A stretch of 64,000 bases of DNA from a candidate division WOR-3 bacterium (GTDB lineage Bacteria > Hydrothermota > Tepidihabitantia > SM23-42 > JAOAFX01). Below, piece by piece: positions 28,352-38,916 of the stretch. How positions within the stretch are numbered: the first letter of the stretch is position 1; each line of letters starts with the position of its first letter. The notes under the pieces were generated by a model. That model saw only the letters and a program-made list of their open reading frames with translations, had not been told where the DNA came from and ran no database searches. The stretch spans positions 1,385 through 65,384 of the forward strand of contig JBDRVV010000013.1 in assembly GCA_039802005.1 (NCBI GenBank), in the 5' to 3' direction. The position numbers were made by a program, and so were the translations under genes.

Positions 28352-29638
28352 TTAACCGCCAACTGCTTTCTTCTGATATTCATTCCAGCGATTTTCAAGA
28401 TTGGGATCAGCCATTGTTTCAAGAATGTAGTCACAGAATTCTCTACCTGTGGCACCAGTCGCCCTTCCGGTCATTATCAGTTTCTTTTCAAACTGTCCGC
28501 AGATATCAAGCGCCATCTCAAGCTTCCTGCCCAGTTCTACATAGCCAATGTGATTTAAAAGCATCGCGCCAGCACGAATTACACTGCTCGGGTCAGCGTA
28601 CTGTGTTCTTCCTTCAGTAACCATCCTTGGTGCACTTCCATGGATTGCCTCAAACATTGCATAGCGTTTTCCAATATTGGCGCTTCCTGCTGTGCCTACA
28701 CCACCCTGGAATTCTGCTGCCTCGTCGGTGAGAATATCACCATAGAGATTGGGCAACACGAGCACCTGGAATTCAGTCCGTCTTTTTGTATCAACAAGCT
28801 TTGCAGTCATAATATCAATGAACCAATCATCGGCATTAATTCCGGGATATTCCTTGGCAATCTCATAGAATGTTTTTAAGAATAATCCATCCGTTGTCTT
28901 TACAACATTTGCCTTTGTTACTGCGGTAACCCGCGTTTTATTATTTCTTTTCGCATGTTCAAATGCAAGCCTGATTATTCTGTCGCTTCCCGGCCTGGTT
29001 ATCATTTTGAAATCTATTGCCAAATCGGGTGTTACCTCAATGCCAAATGGTCCGAGTGCATATACATCCTCGGTATTTTCCCTAAAGAATATCCAGTCAA
29101 TACCCTGGGATGGAACACGCACTGGACGGACATTCGCAAAGAGGTCAAGTTCTTTTCTGATTGCAACATTAGCACTTTCAATATTGGGCCAGGGGTCGCC
29201 TTTCTTTGGAGTTGTTGTGGGTCCTTTAAGTAATACATGGCATTTTCTAATTTCTTCCAGAACTTCATCAGGGATTGCCTTCATAACTTCCGCACGGCGC
29301 TCAATTGTACATCCTTCAATCACCCTGAATTCAATCTTGCCTTTTTTTACTTCGTCTTTTAATAGATGCTCAAGCACGCGCTGTGCCTCACCTGTGATAT
29401 AGGGACCTATGCCATCGCCACCAATCACTCCTATTATTATTGGTTTTACTTTTGAATAATCAATCCAGTCTTCTGCCTTTTTTATTGTTTGAACTCTTTT
29501 TAGTTGTTTTACCAATATCCCACCGAAGTGTTCCATTGCCTTTACAACGGAACGGGGATATTCTACTTTCTCAGCTTTTTTTACAGCCTTTTTCTTGACC
29601 GCTGGTTTCTTCTTTAATTTTTTTGTCTTTTTTGCCAT
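28352..29638 (-). CDS. icd: Isocitrate dehydrogenase (E. coli-type NADP-IDH family) with a ~60-aa Lys-rich N-terminal extension
   Basis: GDGIGPYI, KGPTTTP...NVAIRKELDLFANVRPV and NLYGDILTDEAA motifs. Extension MAKKTKKLKKKPAVKKKAVKKAEK. Strong RBS AAAGGAG 6 nt before the ATG. Confidence 0.75.
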   Translation of the reverse strand: MAKKTKKLKKKPAVKKKAVKKAEKVEYPRSVVKAMEHFGGILVKQLKRVQTIKKAEDWIDYSKVKPIIIGVIGGDGIGPYITGEAQRVLEHLLKDEVKKGKIEFRVIEGCTIERRAEVMKAIPDEVLEEIRKCHVLLKGPTTTPKKGDPWPNIESANVAIRKELDLFANVRPVRVPSQGIDWIFFRENTEDVYALGPFGIEVTPDLAIDFKMITRPGSDRIIRLAFEHAKRNNKTRVTAVTKANVVKTTDGLFLKTFYEIAKEYPGINADDWFIDIMTAKLVDTKRRTEFQVLVLPNLYGDILTDEAAEFQGGVGTAGSANIGKRYAMFEAIHGSAPRMVTEGRTQYADPSSVIRAGAMLLNHIGYVELGRKLEMALDICGQFEKKLIMTGRATGATGREFCDYILETMADPNLENRWNEYQKKAVGG

Positions 29639-29650
29639 ATATAACTCCTT

Positions 29651-30151
29651 TTAATCTAATTTAAAATCTCCGTGTTTCTCAATGTGGGCTAATAGACCTC
29701 CATCATTGAGAATATTTATCATTGCCTTGGGTAGCGGATGGACCTTTAATTCAATATTTTTGGTTAGATTTTTAACCAACCCTTTTTGAAGATCTACTTC
29801 AAGTTCATCACCTGTATCAATCTTATCGGTATCACACTCAATAAGGGGCAGACCGATATTGATTGCATTCCTATAGAAGATACGTGCGAATGATTTTGCC
29901 AGCACCGCACTTACACCGGCAATCTTTATTATCGTTGGTGCATGTTCCCTTGAACTGCCTAGACCGAAGTTATTCCCAGCGACGACAAAATCTCCCTTGG
30001 ACATTTTTTGAACAAACTGCGGGTCGGCATCCTCAAGGACATGTTTTGCAAGTTCTTCAAGATTGGACCTGAGATGGAAATACCGGCCCGGACAGATTAA
30101 GTCCGTTGATATATCATCACCGAATTTCCACGCCTTTCCCTTTAGAACCAT
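29651..30151 (-). CDS. Aconitase-family small subunit (LeuD-like, archaeal-type)
   Basis: ~166 aa LeuD-like swivel domain. Confidence 0.75.
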   Translation of the reverse strand: MVLKGKAWKFGDDISTDLICPGRYFHLRSNLEELAKHVLEDADPQFVQKMSKGDFVVAGNNFGLGSSREHAPTIIKIAGVSAVLAKSFARIFYRNAINIGLPLIECDTDKIDTGDELEVDLQKGLVKNLTKNIELKVHPLPKAMINILNDGGLLAHIEKHGDFKLD

Positions 30152-30162
30152 TTATTCCTCCA

Positions 30163-31443
30163 CTATCCTTTCTTCACGGTCTCCTTTACCCATTTTGTGG
30201 TAACAGATTTCGGTCTTTCAATCGCTTCACCAAGCGCTCTACTGACAATCAACTGGGCACACATACCCATTGCCCTTGATACACCAAAGAGCACTGTATA
30301 ATACTCAAATTCTGTAAGTCCAAAATGGTAAAGAAGACATCCGGATGCCGCATCAACATTGGGCCAGGGGTCTTTTACCTTACCTTGCTCTTTCAAGACT
30401 TGAGGCACTACCTTGAATACCTTGGCAACAATCTGATAGAGCTCATCTTCTGGGCAGACCCTTGCACCAAACTCATGGAATGCATCAAATCTTGGGTCAG
30501 TAATTCTCAGTACTGCATGTCCATAACCAGGTATTACCTGTCCTGCATTAAGTGTATCCCAGGCAAATTGTCTTAAATCCTGATCACTCGGGACACCGCC
30601 GAATTTTTCCCTTACTTTTATAATCCAGGCAAGACATTCCTGGTTTGCAAGTCCATGGAGTGGACCGGCAAGTCCGTTTAAACCGGCAGATACTGCATAA
30701 TATGGGTCTGATAAGGCAGAACCAACACAATGGCAGGTATGGGCACTGACATTTCCACTTTCATGGTCTGAATGCAAAACCATATAGAGTCTCATTAAAT
30801 TCTTGAATTCACCGGTTGGATCTGGTATTCCCAGCATATGTGCATAATCACCTGCCCAATCAAGGTTAGGGTCAGAATCAATCAGGGGTCCTTTATTGAA
30901 TCTCATCCGGTATATTCCCGCAGCGATTGCCGGTAGTTTGGCAATCAGATTCAATGAATCCTCAAGCGTCCATTCCCAGTATTCTTCTTTTTTCATTCCT
31001 TCGGTATATTTTTTTCGGAATAGAGAGTCCCTTTCCATCGCCAGTATCGCAAGGCTGAACATCGCCATAGGATGCGAATCTTTTGGCATTGCCTTCAGGA
31101 CATCCCATACATAATCAGGTACTTTGGAGCGCCTCTTCAAATCTTTTTTCACTTCCTCGGTAGCCTCTTTGTCTGGAAGGTCACCAATGATAAGGAGATA
31201 AAGAACCTCTTCGGGTAGTTTATTTTTTAATTGTACGATTGGTATTTCCCGTATTATCAATCCCTTATCTGGCGGAACTTCGGATGTATCACATATCAAT
31301 GCCTTTACGCCCCGCATTCCACCATAAGCCTGGCTTACTGTGACTTCAGATATGACCTTGTCACCGTACTCCTTTACCAAATTTTTTATTTCATCTCGCC
31401 ATAAAGGAATCTTTTCTTTTAATTTTAATTTAATTATATCCAT
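30163..31443 (-). CDS. gltA: Citrate synthase
   Basis: Citrate synthase signature GYGHAVLRITDPR. GGMRG motif. Confidence 0.85.
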   Translation of the reverse strand: MDIIKLKLKEKIPLWRDEIKNLVKEYGDKVISEVTVSQAYGGMRGVKALICDTSEVPPDKGLIIREIPIVQLKNKLPEEVLYLLIIGDLPDKEATEEVKKDLKRRSKVPDYVWDVLKAMPKDSHPMAMFSLAILAMERDSLFRKKYTEGMKKEEYWEWTLEDSLNLIAKLPAIAAGIYRMRFNKGPLIDSDPNLDWAGDYAHMLGIPDPTGEFKNLMRLYMVLHSDHESGNVSAHTCHCVGSALSDPYYAVSAGLNGLAGPLHGLANQECLAWIIKVREKFGGVPSDQDLRQFAWDTLNAGQVIPGYGHAVLRITDPRFDAFHEFGARVCPEDELYQIVAKVFKVVPQVLKEQGKVKDPWPNVDAASGCLLYHFGLTEFEYYTVLFGVSRAMGMCAQLIVSRALGEAIERPKSVTTKWVKETVKKG

Positions 31444-31446
31444 AAA

Positions 31447-32724
31447 TTACTCCTTTCTTTTTGTTTTTTTCTTTTTTAAAATCTCTCTCGGGTCGCTGAT
31501 AACCCCTTTGATTGCTGAATATGCAGCAGTTGCTGGTGATGATAGATAAATAAAACCTTCGGGATTACCCATTCTTCCTTTAAAATTACGGTTGGCAGTT
31601 GAAAGGCATACTTCACCATCTCCAAGAATACCTTCATGGACACCAACACAGGGTCCACAGCCAGGACCGAGGATTATTCCGCCTGCTCGGACAAATACAT
31701 CCAGAAGGCCGAGTTTCATCGCTTCAAGGAATACCATTCTTGAGGCCGGAACGACGATCAACCTGACCCCAGGGGCAACCTTTTTGCCTTTCAAAATGCT
31801 CGCTGCAATCTTTAAATCCTCAATCCTTCCGTTTGTACAGGTGCCGATGAATACCTGATGAATCTTTGTTCCTTTTAATTCTTTAACCGGCTTGGTATTG
31901 TCAACTGTATGAGGACAGGCAACTTGTGGCTCAAGTTTACTGGCATCTATCTCAATAATCCGCTCGTATTTTGCATCTTTATCAGGTGCAAGTGGACGCC
32001 AATCCTTTAATCTCCCCATTCTTTTTAGATATTCACGGGTTATTTTATCAGAGGCGATTAGCCCAGTCTTTGCACCTGCTTCAACCGCCATATTGGATAA
32101 TGTAAAGCGTGATTCCATAGACATATTATCTATTGTCTCACCACCAAATTCTAATGCCTTATAGGTAGCACCATCAGCTCCAATCATACCAATGAGATAT
32201 AATATCAAATCCTTGGCACCGACCCCAGGCTGGAACTTGCCTTTAACTTCGATTCTGAATGTTTCAGGAACCTTGAACCATGTTCTACCCATTGCCATTC
32301 CAATCGCAACATCGGTTGACCCCATGCCTGTGGCAAAGGCACCCAGGGCGCCTGAGGTACAGGAATGGGAGTCTGCGCCAATAACAACATCACCGGGTTT
32401 GGCAAAAGATTCAACAAGCCTTTGATGTATAACACCATCACCCACTTCGGAGAGGATTGCGCCTGATTTGGCACAGAATTCACGCAATAACATATGGTCG
32501 TTGGATAGTTCCTTGCGCGGGGAAGGTGCAGCGTGGTCAATAAATACAATAGATTTTGGTGCACGGACTTTTTCAACTTTGAGTTTCTGGATCTGGCGCA
32601 CTCCAAGCGGACCGGTCCCATCCTGGAACGCCGCCACATCTACCTTGGCGATTACAATCTGACCTGCATAGGCATCCTGACCGCTTTTTTCGGATAAAAT
32701 CTTTTCAGCCAATGTTTTTCCCAT
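31447..32724 (-). CDS. Aconitase-family large subunit (LeuC/homoaconitase-like)
   Basis: Aconitase family Cys ligands and a C-terminal SxNRNFKGRMG motif. Confidence 0.8.
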   Translation of the reverse strand: MGKTLAEKILSEKSGQDAYAGQIVIAKVDVAAFQDGTGPLGVRQIQKLKVEKVRAPKSIVFIDHAAPSPRKELSNDHMLLREFCAKSGAILSEVGDGVIHQRLVESFAKPGDVVIGADSHSCTSGALGAFATGMGSTDVAIGMAMGRTWFKVPETFRIEVKGKFQPGVGAKDLILYLIGMIGADGATYKALEFGGETIDNMSMESRFTLSNMAVEAGAKTGLIASDKITREYLKRMGRLKDWRPLAPDKDAKYERIIEIDASKLEPQVACPHTVDNTKPVKELKGTKIHQVFIGTCTNGRIEDLKIAASILKGKKVAPGVRLIVVPASRMVFLEAMKLGLLDVFVRAGGIILGPGCGPCVGVHEGILGDGEVCLSTANRNFKGRMGNPEGFIYLSSPATAAYSAIKGVISDPREILKKKKTKRKE

Positions 32725-32930
32725 TATTCAACCTCCCGATTTATAATAACATTGCCAGGATAATGAATCCGGGCTACTATTATAAAAAATGTTAGACAAT
32801 TTTAATATAACTTGCTTTGTAATCCCAGAATGTAATTATATAAAAATTTTGTTCAGAGTCAAGAATGAAGTTAAAAAATATGGGGTAGCAATCATTTGCT
32901 ACCCCATCAATGTTCACCAAGATTCCATTA

Positions 32931-35900
32931 TTATTTTAGCATTATTGCCTTTTCCACGATTTTCTCATTGTCGGTCTCGAGTTGGACAAAATAGACACCC
33001 GCAGGTAGTTTACGACCTTCGTGGTCTTTTCCATTCCAGAGAATGAATGCGTTTTGACTGAGCTCGTTGTAAGTCCATTCTCTCACAAGCCTGCCTGTTG
33101 CGTCAAATATCTTGATTATTGCTGAAGACTGATTTTCTGGTACTACATAGTGTATGCGTAATTTCCCAGTAAATGGATTTTGGGAGAAAGTGAGTCGCGA
33201 TATATCTGTTTTATTGCCAGACTCAGAGATTCCGACATAACTTGAAAGATTTCCGACTTCCCAATCAAGCAATGCGGGATTGTTCGGCGATTTTGTCAGA
33301 CGATAGAAAAGCCCTTTTAATCTTATCGTGTTATATGTCACAGTGTCAGTCATCAGGTTCAATTTGACCGTATCAACCGCATTGTGGCTGAATTTTCCGG
33401 TTGAATTACCAGGAATGATGGAGTTAGGAACTAATTGCCAGGTAGAACCGGTGTAATATTCAACCTGAATACCTATGGAATCGCCACCTGTTGCCTTGCG
33501 CCAGATAATATCGCCCCAGCGTGAACGGGCATAGGTTTTTGAAAGCTCGGAATAGACGACTGGTGGGCTATATAGGACACCTGAATTGTTCTGGTAAGTG
33601 TAAGAATAGGAGAGAATCACATTATCGGTTCCGCATGCCCAGCCCCAGTGAGATGATGTGGTACTATCACTGAAGAACCACTCAAATTGGACCGAATCGC
33701 AAGGTAATTGGGAAGTTAGGTCTATGTCGGCAGTCCCGTTAACACTGGTGGTATATTCAGCAATATTTGTCCAGCTTGTCCAGGTGCCACCGGTTCTTTT
33801 GCGGAATTTTACACGGAGTTTTTCACCGGTCTCATAGACTCTAAATCCATATCCATAACGAATTCTTAAGTTTGCTGCAGTCGGAGGAACATAGACCTTC
33901 GGTGAAATCAGTTCCTCATTATAGTTGATCACACCGCTGCCCGCATCATCATCTGAATAGTATGCATAGGCAGTGCCATAGTTGGGTGGAGTGTAAGAAC
34001 CCAAATCGGTCGTTGTACCTGTTGTCCAACGGTATCCATCATTATTGCCATCAACCCAGGTCCAGCCTGCAGGCATTCCGGATTCAAAATTAGCAGTAAG
34101 GAGGGTATCTTCTACATAACCTACTGGCACAAGCACTACACTATCACCCTGAACCTGTGTGCCATTGAATGTACAACCTAAGAATTGTGCATAGGTTGTC
34201 TGGAACCAGGAACAAGTTCCAGATGGTATATCAGTCTTTATTGTGAAAGACCTTCGTGCAGTAGGTGCAGACCACATTCCACTTGTGGTTGAATCAGCGG
34301 CTTTAACTTTCCACCAATAAGTAGTGTTGTTGGTTAGAGAAACAGGCAGGGTATAGGTGATAGTTGCACCACTTGGATATAGTCCGGTTGTTATACTATC
34401 CTGGTTTGTAAATGCGGTATCAGTTGACCAGTAGATTCTGTATTTTACCATATCATTCTGTGGGTCAGTAGTTGTGAGTTTAAATATCGGGTTCAATGTT
34501 GCAAATTTTGCATAGTTGAATGGAGCGATGATTGTAGGTGTAAATGGTGTGCCGGGTAATGGTGTGGCATTGACGGCAGCGAGTGCATCAATTCTACCCG
34601 CACCAAAATCATTATCCTTTCCTGAAGGACCAAGGTCAACAGCAGTAACCTGGAGAATACTATCTATCTCACGGCGGGAAAGATATGGATTCTTCTGAAG
34701 CATCAATGCAACAGTTCCTGCAACATGTGGTGTTGCCATTGAAGTTCCATTCCAGCCGTCAAGATAGCCAGTATTATTATTATAGGCACAGGATTTGATA
34801 TTCACACCCGGTGCTGAAACATCGGGCTTGGTTAATCCTGGTGGGTAGGGATAGTCATTGTAACCAGTGACTGTATCCCACCTAACAGGCCCAGGTGAAG
34901 AGAATGAAGCTATAGCATCGTTTATATCAGTTGCACCAATACTTATTACATTTGATTGGGCACCTGTTGCTCCATTCTGTGGATGGCGCCAAGGTGAAGG
35001 AACACTTCCCGGGCATCTCAGGGCATAAGGTGGAAGGTCAAAACCTCTTTCATTACCGGCAGCAACGATCATCACGATCCCTGCGGCACCGACATTATTG
35101 CAGGCGGTGCGCCACATTGCAACCCTTGGTGACCAGGCATATCGCCAGCCGAGGGACATTGTTATCAAATCACCACCATGGGTTGGTGAAAGTGGTGGTG
35201 AGACAACAAACTGCATCGCCTGCCAGACTTGATTCTCGGCTGTACTATCAGCAACCGTCCTCACACGACAGCATAACATCTGGGCATCTGGTGCTACACC
35301 ACACTGGGAACCAGCAGTCCCATCGGATGCAACAGAGCCTGCACAATGGGTACCGTGTCCCTGGGCATCCATCGGGTCGTTATTATTCAACTCAAAATTC
35401 CATCCATGATTTGGGTAATTCGGGTCGGTCCAGATATGGTCAGCAAGGTCAACATGGTTGTAATTCACACCGGTATCAATGATACCGACAACAATACCTT
35501 GACCCGTATAGCCCAGTGCCCATACTGCTGGAGCATTGATTTTGCTCACACCCCAGGCAATCTCTCTTTCTTGTGATGTCTTGTCTGCAGGCGCAGGGAA
35601 TTGCTCTGGCTTTTCTATATCAATGGGCTTCAGGTCATAATCAATATAGAAAATATCCCGATTATTATCCAATTCTGCAATCACATCCTTTGTTGCTTCA
35701 CAATAGATCGCATTTACAATCCAGATTGACACAATATTTTTAACCTTATTCTGTTTTTCCATCCTTGCGAGATATTCAAGAACAGGTTTCTGGTTTTCCA
35801 GCGAATAAGCACGCAGTATCTCGGCAGTCCTTGCCCTTCTTTCAGGTTTTGGTAATCCTTCAACTGCCCTCGTTAGATCATTCACATCCATCTGTTTTTT

Positions 35901-36029
35901 GAAGACAATGTCTATAGGAATAAAATCCGATGAACGTGCATTGGTAGTAACATTTTTAAGTTCCGGGCTTATCAACGCAAAACCTGGGATTATCAAAACA
36001 AACAATAAAAGTATGTTAATGAGTTTCAT
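32931..36029 (-). CDS. Subtilisin-like S8 serine peptidase, large secreted, with T9SS C-terminal domain
   Basis: Asp/His/Ser triad motifs (GIIDTGVN, HGTHCAGS, GTSMATPHVAG), signal peptide, T9SS CTD tail. Confidence 0.85.
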   Translation of the reverse strand: MKLINILLLFVLIIPGFALISPELKNVTTNARSSDFIPIDIVFKKQMDVNDLTRAVEGLPKPERRARTAEILRAYSLENQKPVLEYLARMEKQNKVKNIVSIWIVNAIYCEATKDVIAELDNNRDIFYIDYDLKPIDIEKPEQFPAPADKTSQEREIAWGVSKINAPAVWALGYTGQGIVVGIIDTGVNYNHVDLADHIWTDPNYPNHGWNFELNNNDPMDAQGHGTHCAGSVASDGTAGSQCGVAPDAQMLCCRVRTVADSTAENQVWQAMQFVVSPPLSPTHGGDLITMSLGWRYAWSPRVAMWRTACNNVGAAGIVMIVAAGNERGFDLPPYALRCPGSVPSPWRHPQNGATGAQSNVISIGATDINDAIASFSSPGPVRWDTVTGYNDYPYPPGLTKPDVSAPGVNIKSCAYNNNTGYLDGWNGTSMATPHVAGTVALMLQKNPYLSRREIDSILQVTAVDLGPSGKDNDFGAGRIDALAAVNATPLPGTPFTPTIIAPFNYAKFATLNPIFKLTTTDPQNDMVKYRIYWSTDTAFTNQDSITTGLYPSGATITYTLPVSLTNNTTYWWKVKAADSTTSGMWSAPTARRSFTIKTDIPSGTCSWFQTTYAQFLGCTFNGTQVQGDSVVLVPVGYVEDTLLTANFESGMPAGWTWVDGNNDGYRWTTGTTTDLGSYTPPNYGTAYAYYSDDDAGSGVINYNEELISPKVYVPPTAANLRIRYGYGFRVYETGEKLRVKFRKRTGGTWTSWTNIAEYTTSVNGTADIDLTSQLPCDSVQFEWFFSDSTTSSHWGWACGTDNVILSYSYTYQNNSGVLYSPPVVYSELSKTYARSRWGDIIWRKATGGDSIGIQVEYYTGSTWQLVPNSIIPGNSTGKFSHNAVDTVKLNLMTDTVTYNTIRLKGLFYRLTKSPNNPALLDWEVGNLSSYVGISESGNKTDISRLTFSQNPFTGKLRIHYVVPENQSSAIIKIFDATGRLVREWTYNELSQNAFILWNGKDHEGRKLPAGVYFVQLETDNEKIVEKAIMLK

Positions 36030-36224
36030 AAAAACCTCCCCTTTTCACTTTTAGACAAAGAAAGAAACTTATTTATTTTTATTTTATTTCTACCACCCCC
36101 TTTCATATCTATATTATATTTTCTTTTTTAGTAATGTCAAGACTTAAGTTTAAAATAGATTGAATTATTATAATAAATATTTAATTGACTTTGGGTAAAC
36201 TTTGGCTAAAATTCTATAAATAAA

Positions 36225-37733
36225 ATGGCACGAAGAAAAGATACTTTCCTTTGGATATTTTTGGTGATTTATACCATTTTATCACTTCTTCTTTTTGACC
36301 CCAAATTATTCACCGGCGGTGATAATGCTGTTTATGTAAATCTTGCTGAATCTATTACTACGGGAAAAGGATATAAAAATATATATTTGCCAGATGAATT
36401 ACCACATACTCAATATCCACCAGGTTTCCCCCTGCTATTATCAATCCCGTTTATCATTTTTGGTAAGAATATTTTGATATTTAAAATAGTTATCTTTCTA
36501 ACTGGACTGGGTGCATTTGTATTCTTTTATCTGATCACCAGAAAAATCTTCAATGAAAATTTTATGATTCTAATTTTTTTCTACCTCTCAGTCCCGATAT
36601 TTATAATATACAACCACTGGATTCTTTCTGAAATTCCATTTCTGTTTTTCTCACTTGGTGCCTTATATTTTCTGTTGAAATTTTTTAATAAAAAAACTTT
36701 TTTAAATTTTTTGATTGCTTCATTATTTGCGATCTATGCCTTTTTCATAAGAACCGCAGGCATTTCATTGATTCTCGGTTTCTTGCTGTTTTTGATAATA
36801 AAAAAAGAATACAAATATTTTATAATATTTTTAGCATTATTTTTGCTTTTCTTTATTCCCTGGGAAGTTAGAAATGCAGGGATACCTGATAATACGGGTT
36901 ATTTAAGACAACTGCTTGCAAAAAATCCTTATCAAATGGAACTTGGCACGATAGGAACTTCTGATTTCATTATGCGGATATGGGATAATTTTATCCTATA
37001 CACCTTTACCATACTCCCTGCAACCCTTCTGCCAATACTACATTCTCAGGGATTGTCTTTCATTCTGGGGCTGATATTTATCGTGTTTTTGATAATTGGA
37101 TTTATTACAAGATTAAGAAATTTTAACATTATTGAGACATATTTTATCTTTGGTATAGGGGTATTACTTGCCTGGCCCAGGGTATGGTCATCAGATAGAT
37201 TTCTACTACCTTTGATGCCGGTGATATTAATCTACATATATTATGGTTTTATCTGGCTTCAGGATAAATTGAAAATTAAATATTTCGTATCTGTGGTATC
37301 TGGGTTGATAATTATTCTAAATATAATCTGGATGATTTCGCAGTCAAAGACATCAATTAATTACAATTTAGACTACATAAAAGGGAATAAATATGCAGGT
37401 TATCCTTTGGATTGGCGCCGTTATTTTGAGACACTTGAATACATAAGAAAAAACATTCCGGAAGAAAAAATAATAATGGCACGTAAGCCTGAGTTTGTCT
37501 ATCTGCTTTCAAAACATAAATCATTTTGTTATCCATTTACTACAAATAAAAATGAAATAAAAGAATCAATAAAGAAAGCGGATTATATAATTTTTGATAG
37601 TTTCCAGTGGACCGGCACCACCATGCGTTATTTATTGCCTTTTATACAGGAGCATCCTGAGAGTTTTGAAATTATCTACAAAACCAGTTATCCCGAATTT
37701 TTCCTGTTAAGGGTAAAGAAAGAAAATTTTTAA
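36225..37733 (+). CDS. GT-C fold polytopic membrane glycosyltransferase (ArnT/PMT-like)
   Basis: More than 10 predicted TM helices with an ArnT-like layout. Confidence 0.5.
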   Translation: MARRKDTFLWIFLVIYTILSLLLFDPKLFTGGDNAVYVNLAESITTGKGYKNIYLPDELPHTQYPPGFPLLLSIPFIIFGKNILIFKIVIFLTGLGAFVFFYLITRKIFNENFMILIFFYLSVPIFIIYNHWILSEIPFLFFSLGALYFLLKFFNKKTFLNFLIASLFAIYAFFIRTAGISLILGFLLFLIIKKEYKYFIIFLALFLLFFIPWEVRNAGIPDNTGYLRQLLAKNPYQMELGTIGTSDFIMRIWDNFILYTFTILPATLLPILHSQGLSFILGLIFIVFLIIGFITRLRNFNIIETYFIFGIGVLLAWPRVWSSDRFLLPLMPVILIYIYYGFIWLQDKLKIKYFVSVVSGLIIILNIIWMISQSKTSINYNLDYIKGNKYAGYPLDWRRYFETLEYIRKNIPEEKIIMARKPEFVYLLSKHKSFCYPFTTNKNEIKESIKKADYIIFDSFQWTGTTMRYLLPFIQEHPESFEIIYKTSYPEFFLLRVKKENF

Positions 37734-38116
37734 TGCAGGTTTTTAGTCTTTATTTCAACGATTGTTTTAATGCCACCCCTGGGATTGAATTCACCGCGCA
37801 CAATTGCCCAGCGTGGCTTTACCGCCTTAACAAAATCCTGGAAGATTCTGTTCACCGCATTCTCATAAAAAATCCCTAAATTTCTATAAGCAAGGATATA
37901 CATTTTTAGTGATTTTAATTCTACAAAATATTTATTCGGTTCATATTCTATTGTGATCGTTCCCGTATCAGGTAGTCCAGTTTTGGGGCAGACTGAAGAA
38001 TACTCAGGGATAATTATTGTTATCTTATAATTCTTAAATTGATTGGGGAGAATATCAAGTTTGGGCAATTCTGCCTTTAATCCAGCAATGGCATGTTTTT
38101 TTGTGTAATTTTGCAT
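37730..38116 (-). CDS. queF: NADPH-dependent 7-cyano-7-deazaguanine reductase
   Basis: Catalytic Cys motif SVCPKTGLPD and the QueF motif ELKSLKMY. Confidence 0.8.
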   Translation of the reverse strand: MQNYTKKHAIAGLKAELPKLDILPNQFKNYKITIIIPEYSSVCPKTGLPDTGTITIEYEPNKYFVELKSLKMYILAYRNLGIFYENAVNRIFQDFVKAVKPRWAIVRGEFNPRGGIKTIVEIKTKNLH

Positions 38117-38124
38117 TGTCTCTC

Positions 38125-38916
38125 CTATTCAAAAGAATGCTCTTTATCAGGATATATGCCAACTTTTACTTCATTTATATAGGTCAGCACGGCCTTTTTT
38201 ATCTCAAATCCAACATTTGCATATCGTTTAACGAACTTTGGTTTAAAATCTTCATAAAAACCAAGCATATCGTGCAATACAAGTATCTGCCCATCACAAT
38301 ATGGACCAGCGCCGATGCCGATCGTGGGAATCTTCAACATTTTAGTGATTCTCTTTGCAAGTTGCATAGGAACTTTTTCAAGGACTATTGCAAAACACCC
38401 TGCAGATTCAAGTTGTTTAGCATCCTTTATTATCTGTCCAGCCTCCTTTTTTGTTTTTCCGCGCAATTTATAACCACCGAATTTATGGATTGACTGGGGT
38501 GTCAGGCCAAGATGTCCCATTACTGGAATGCCGAGTTGCACAAGTCTTTCAATCGTCTTCAAAATTGGACCCGCACCTTCAATCTTAACACCTGCTGCAC
38601 CCATTTTCAAAAAACTTCCAGCATTCTTCACTGTCTCGTCTATGCTACACTGGTATGATAAAAATGGCATATCTGTAATCACCAGCGCATTTTTAACGGC
38701 ACGGGCAACGACCTTTGTATGATAGAGCATATCAGACATTGTTATCGGTAGGGTATTTTTTTCCCCGGCAACGACATTTGCTGCAGAATCGCCGACCAGA
38801 ATTATTTCAATCCCTGCCTCATCAAGTATTTTTGCAGTAGGATAATCATAGGCAGTTAGACAGGCAATCTTTTCTTTCTTCTTTTTCATCTGGATAATTG
38901 TTTCTGTAGTAATCAT
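38125..38916 (-). CDS. panB: 3-methyl-2-oxobutanoate hydroxymethyltransferase
   Basis: LTAYDYPTAKILDEAGIEIILVGDS ... DMPFLSYQ. Confidence 0.85.
   Translation of the reverse strand: MITTETIIQMKKKKEKIACLTAYDYPTAKILDEAGIEIILVGDSAANVVAGEKNTLPITMSDMLYHTKVVARAVKNALVITDMPFLSYQCSIDETVKNAGSFLKMGAAGVKIEGAGPILKTIERLVQLGIPVMGHLGLTPQSIHKFGGYKLRGKTKKEAGQIIKDAKQLESAGCFAIVLEKVPMQLAKRITKMLKIPTIGIGAGPYCDGQILVLHDMLGFYEDFKPKFVKRYANVGFEIKKAVLTYINEVKVGIYPDKEHSFE

Noticed and set aside
34931-35482. 183-aa antisense ORF inside the S8 protease gene (and similar antisense ORFs such as 29007..29402 and 52563..53075)
   Set aside because: These are embedded opposite strongly supported genes, have low-complexity compositionally biased translations, and lack RBS support, so they are shadow ORFs.
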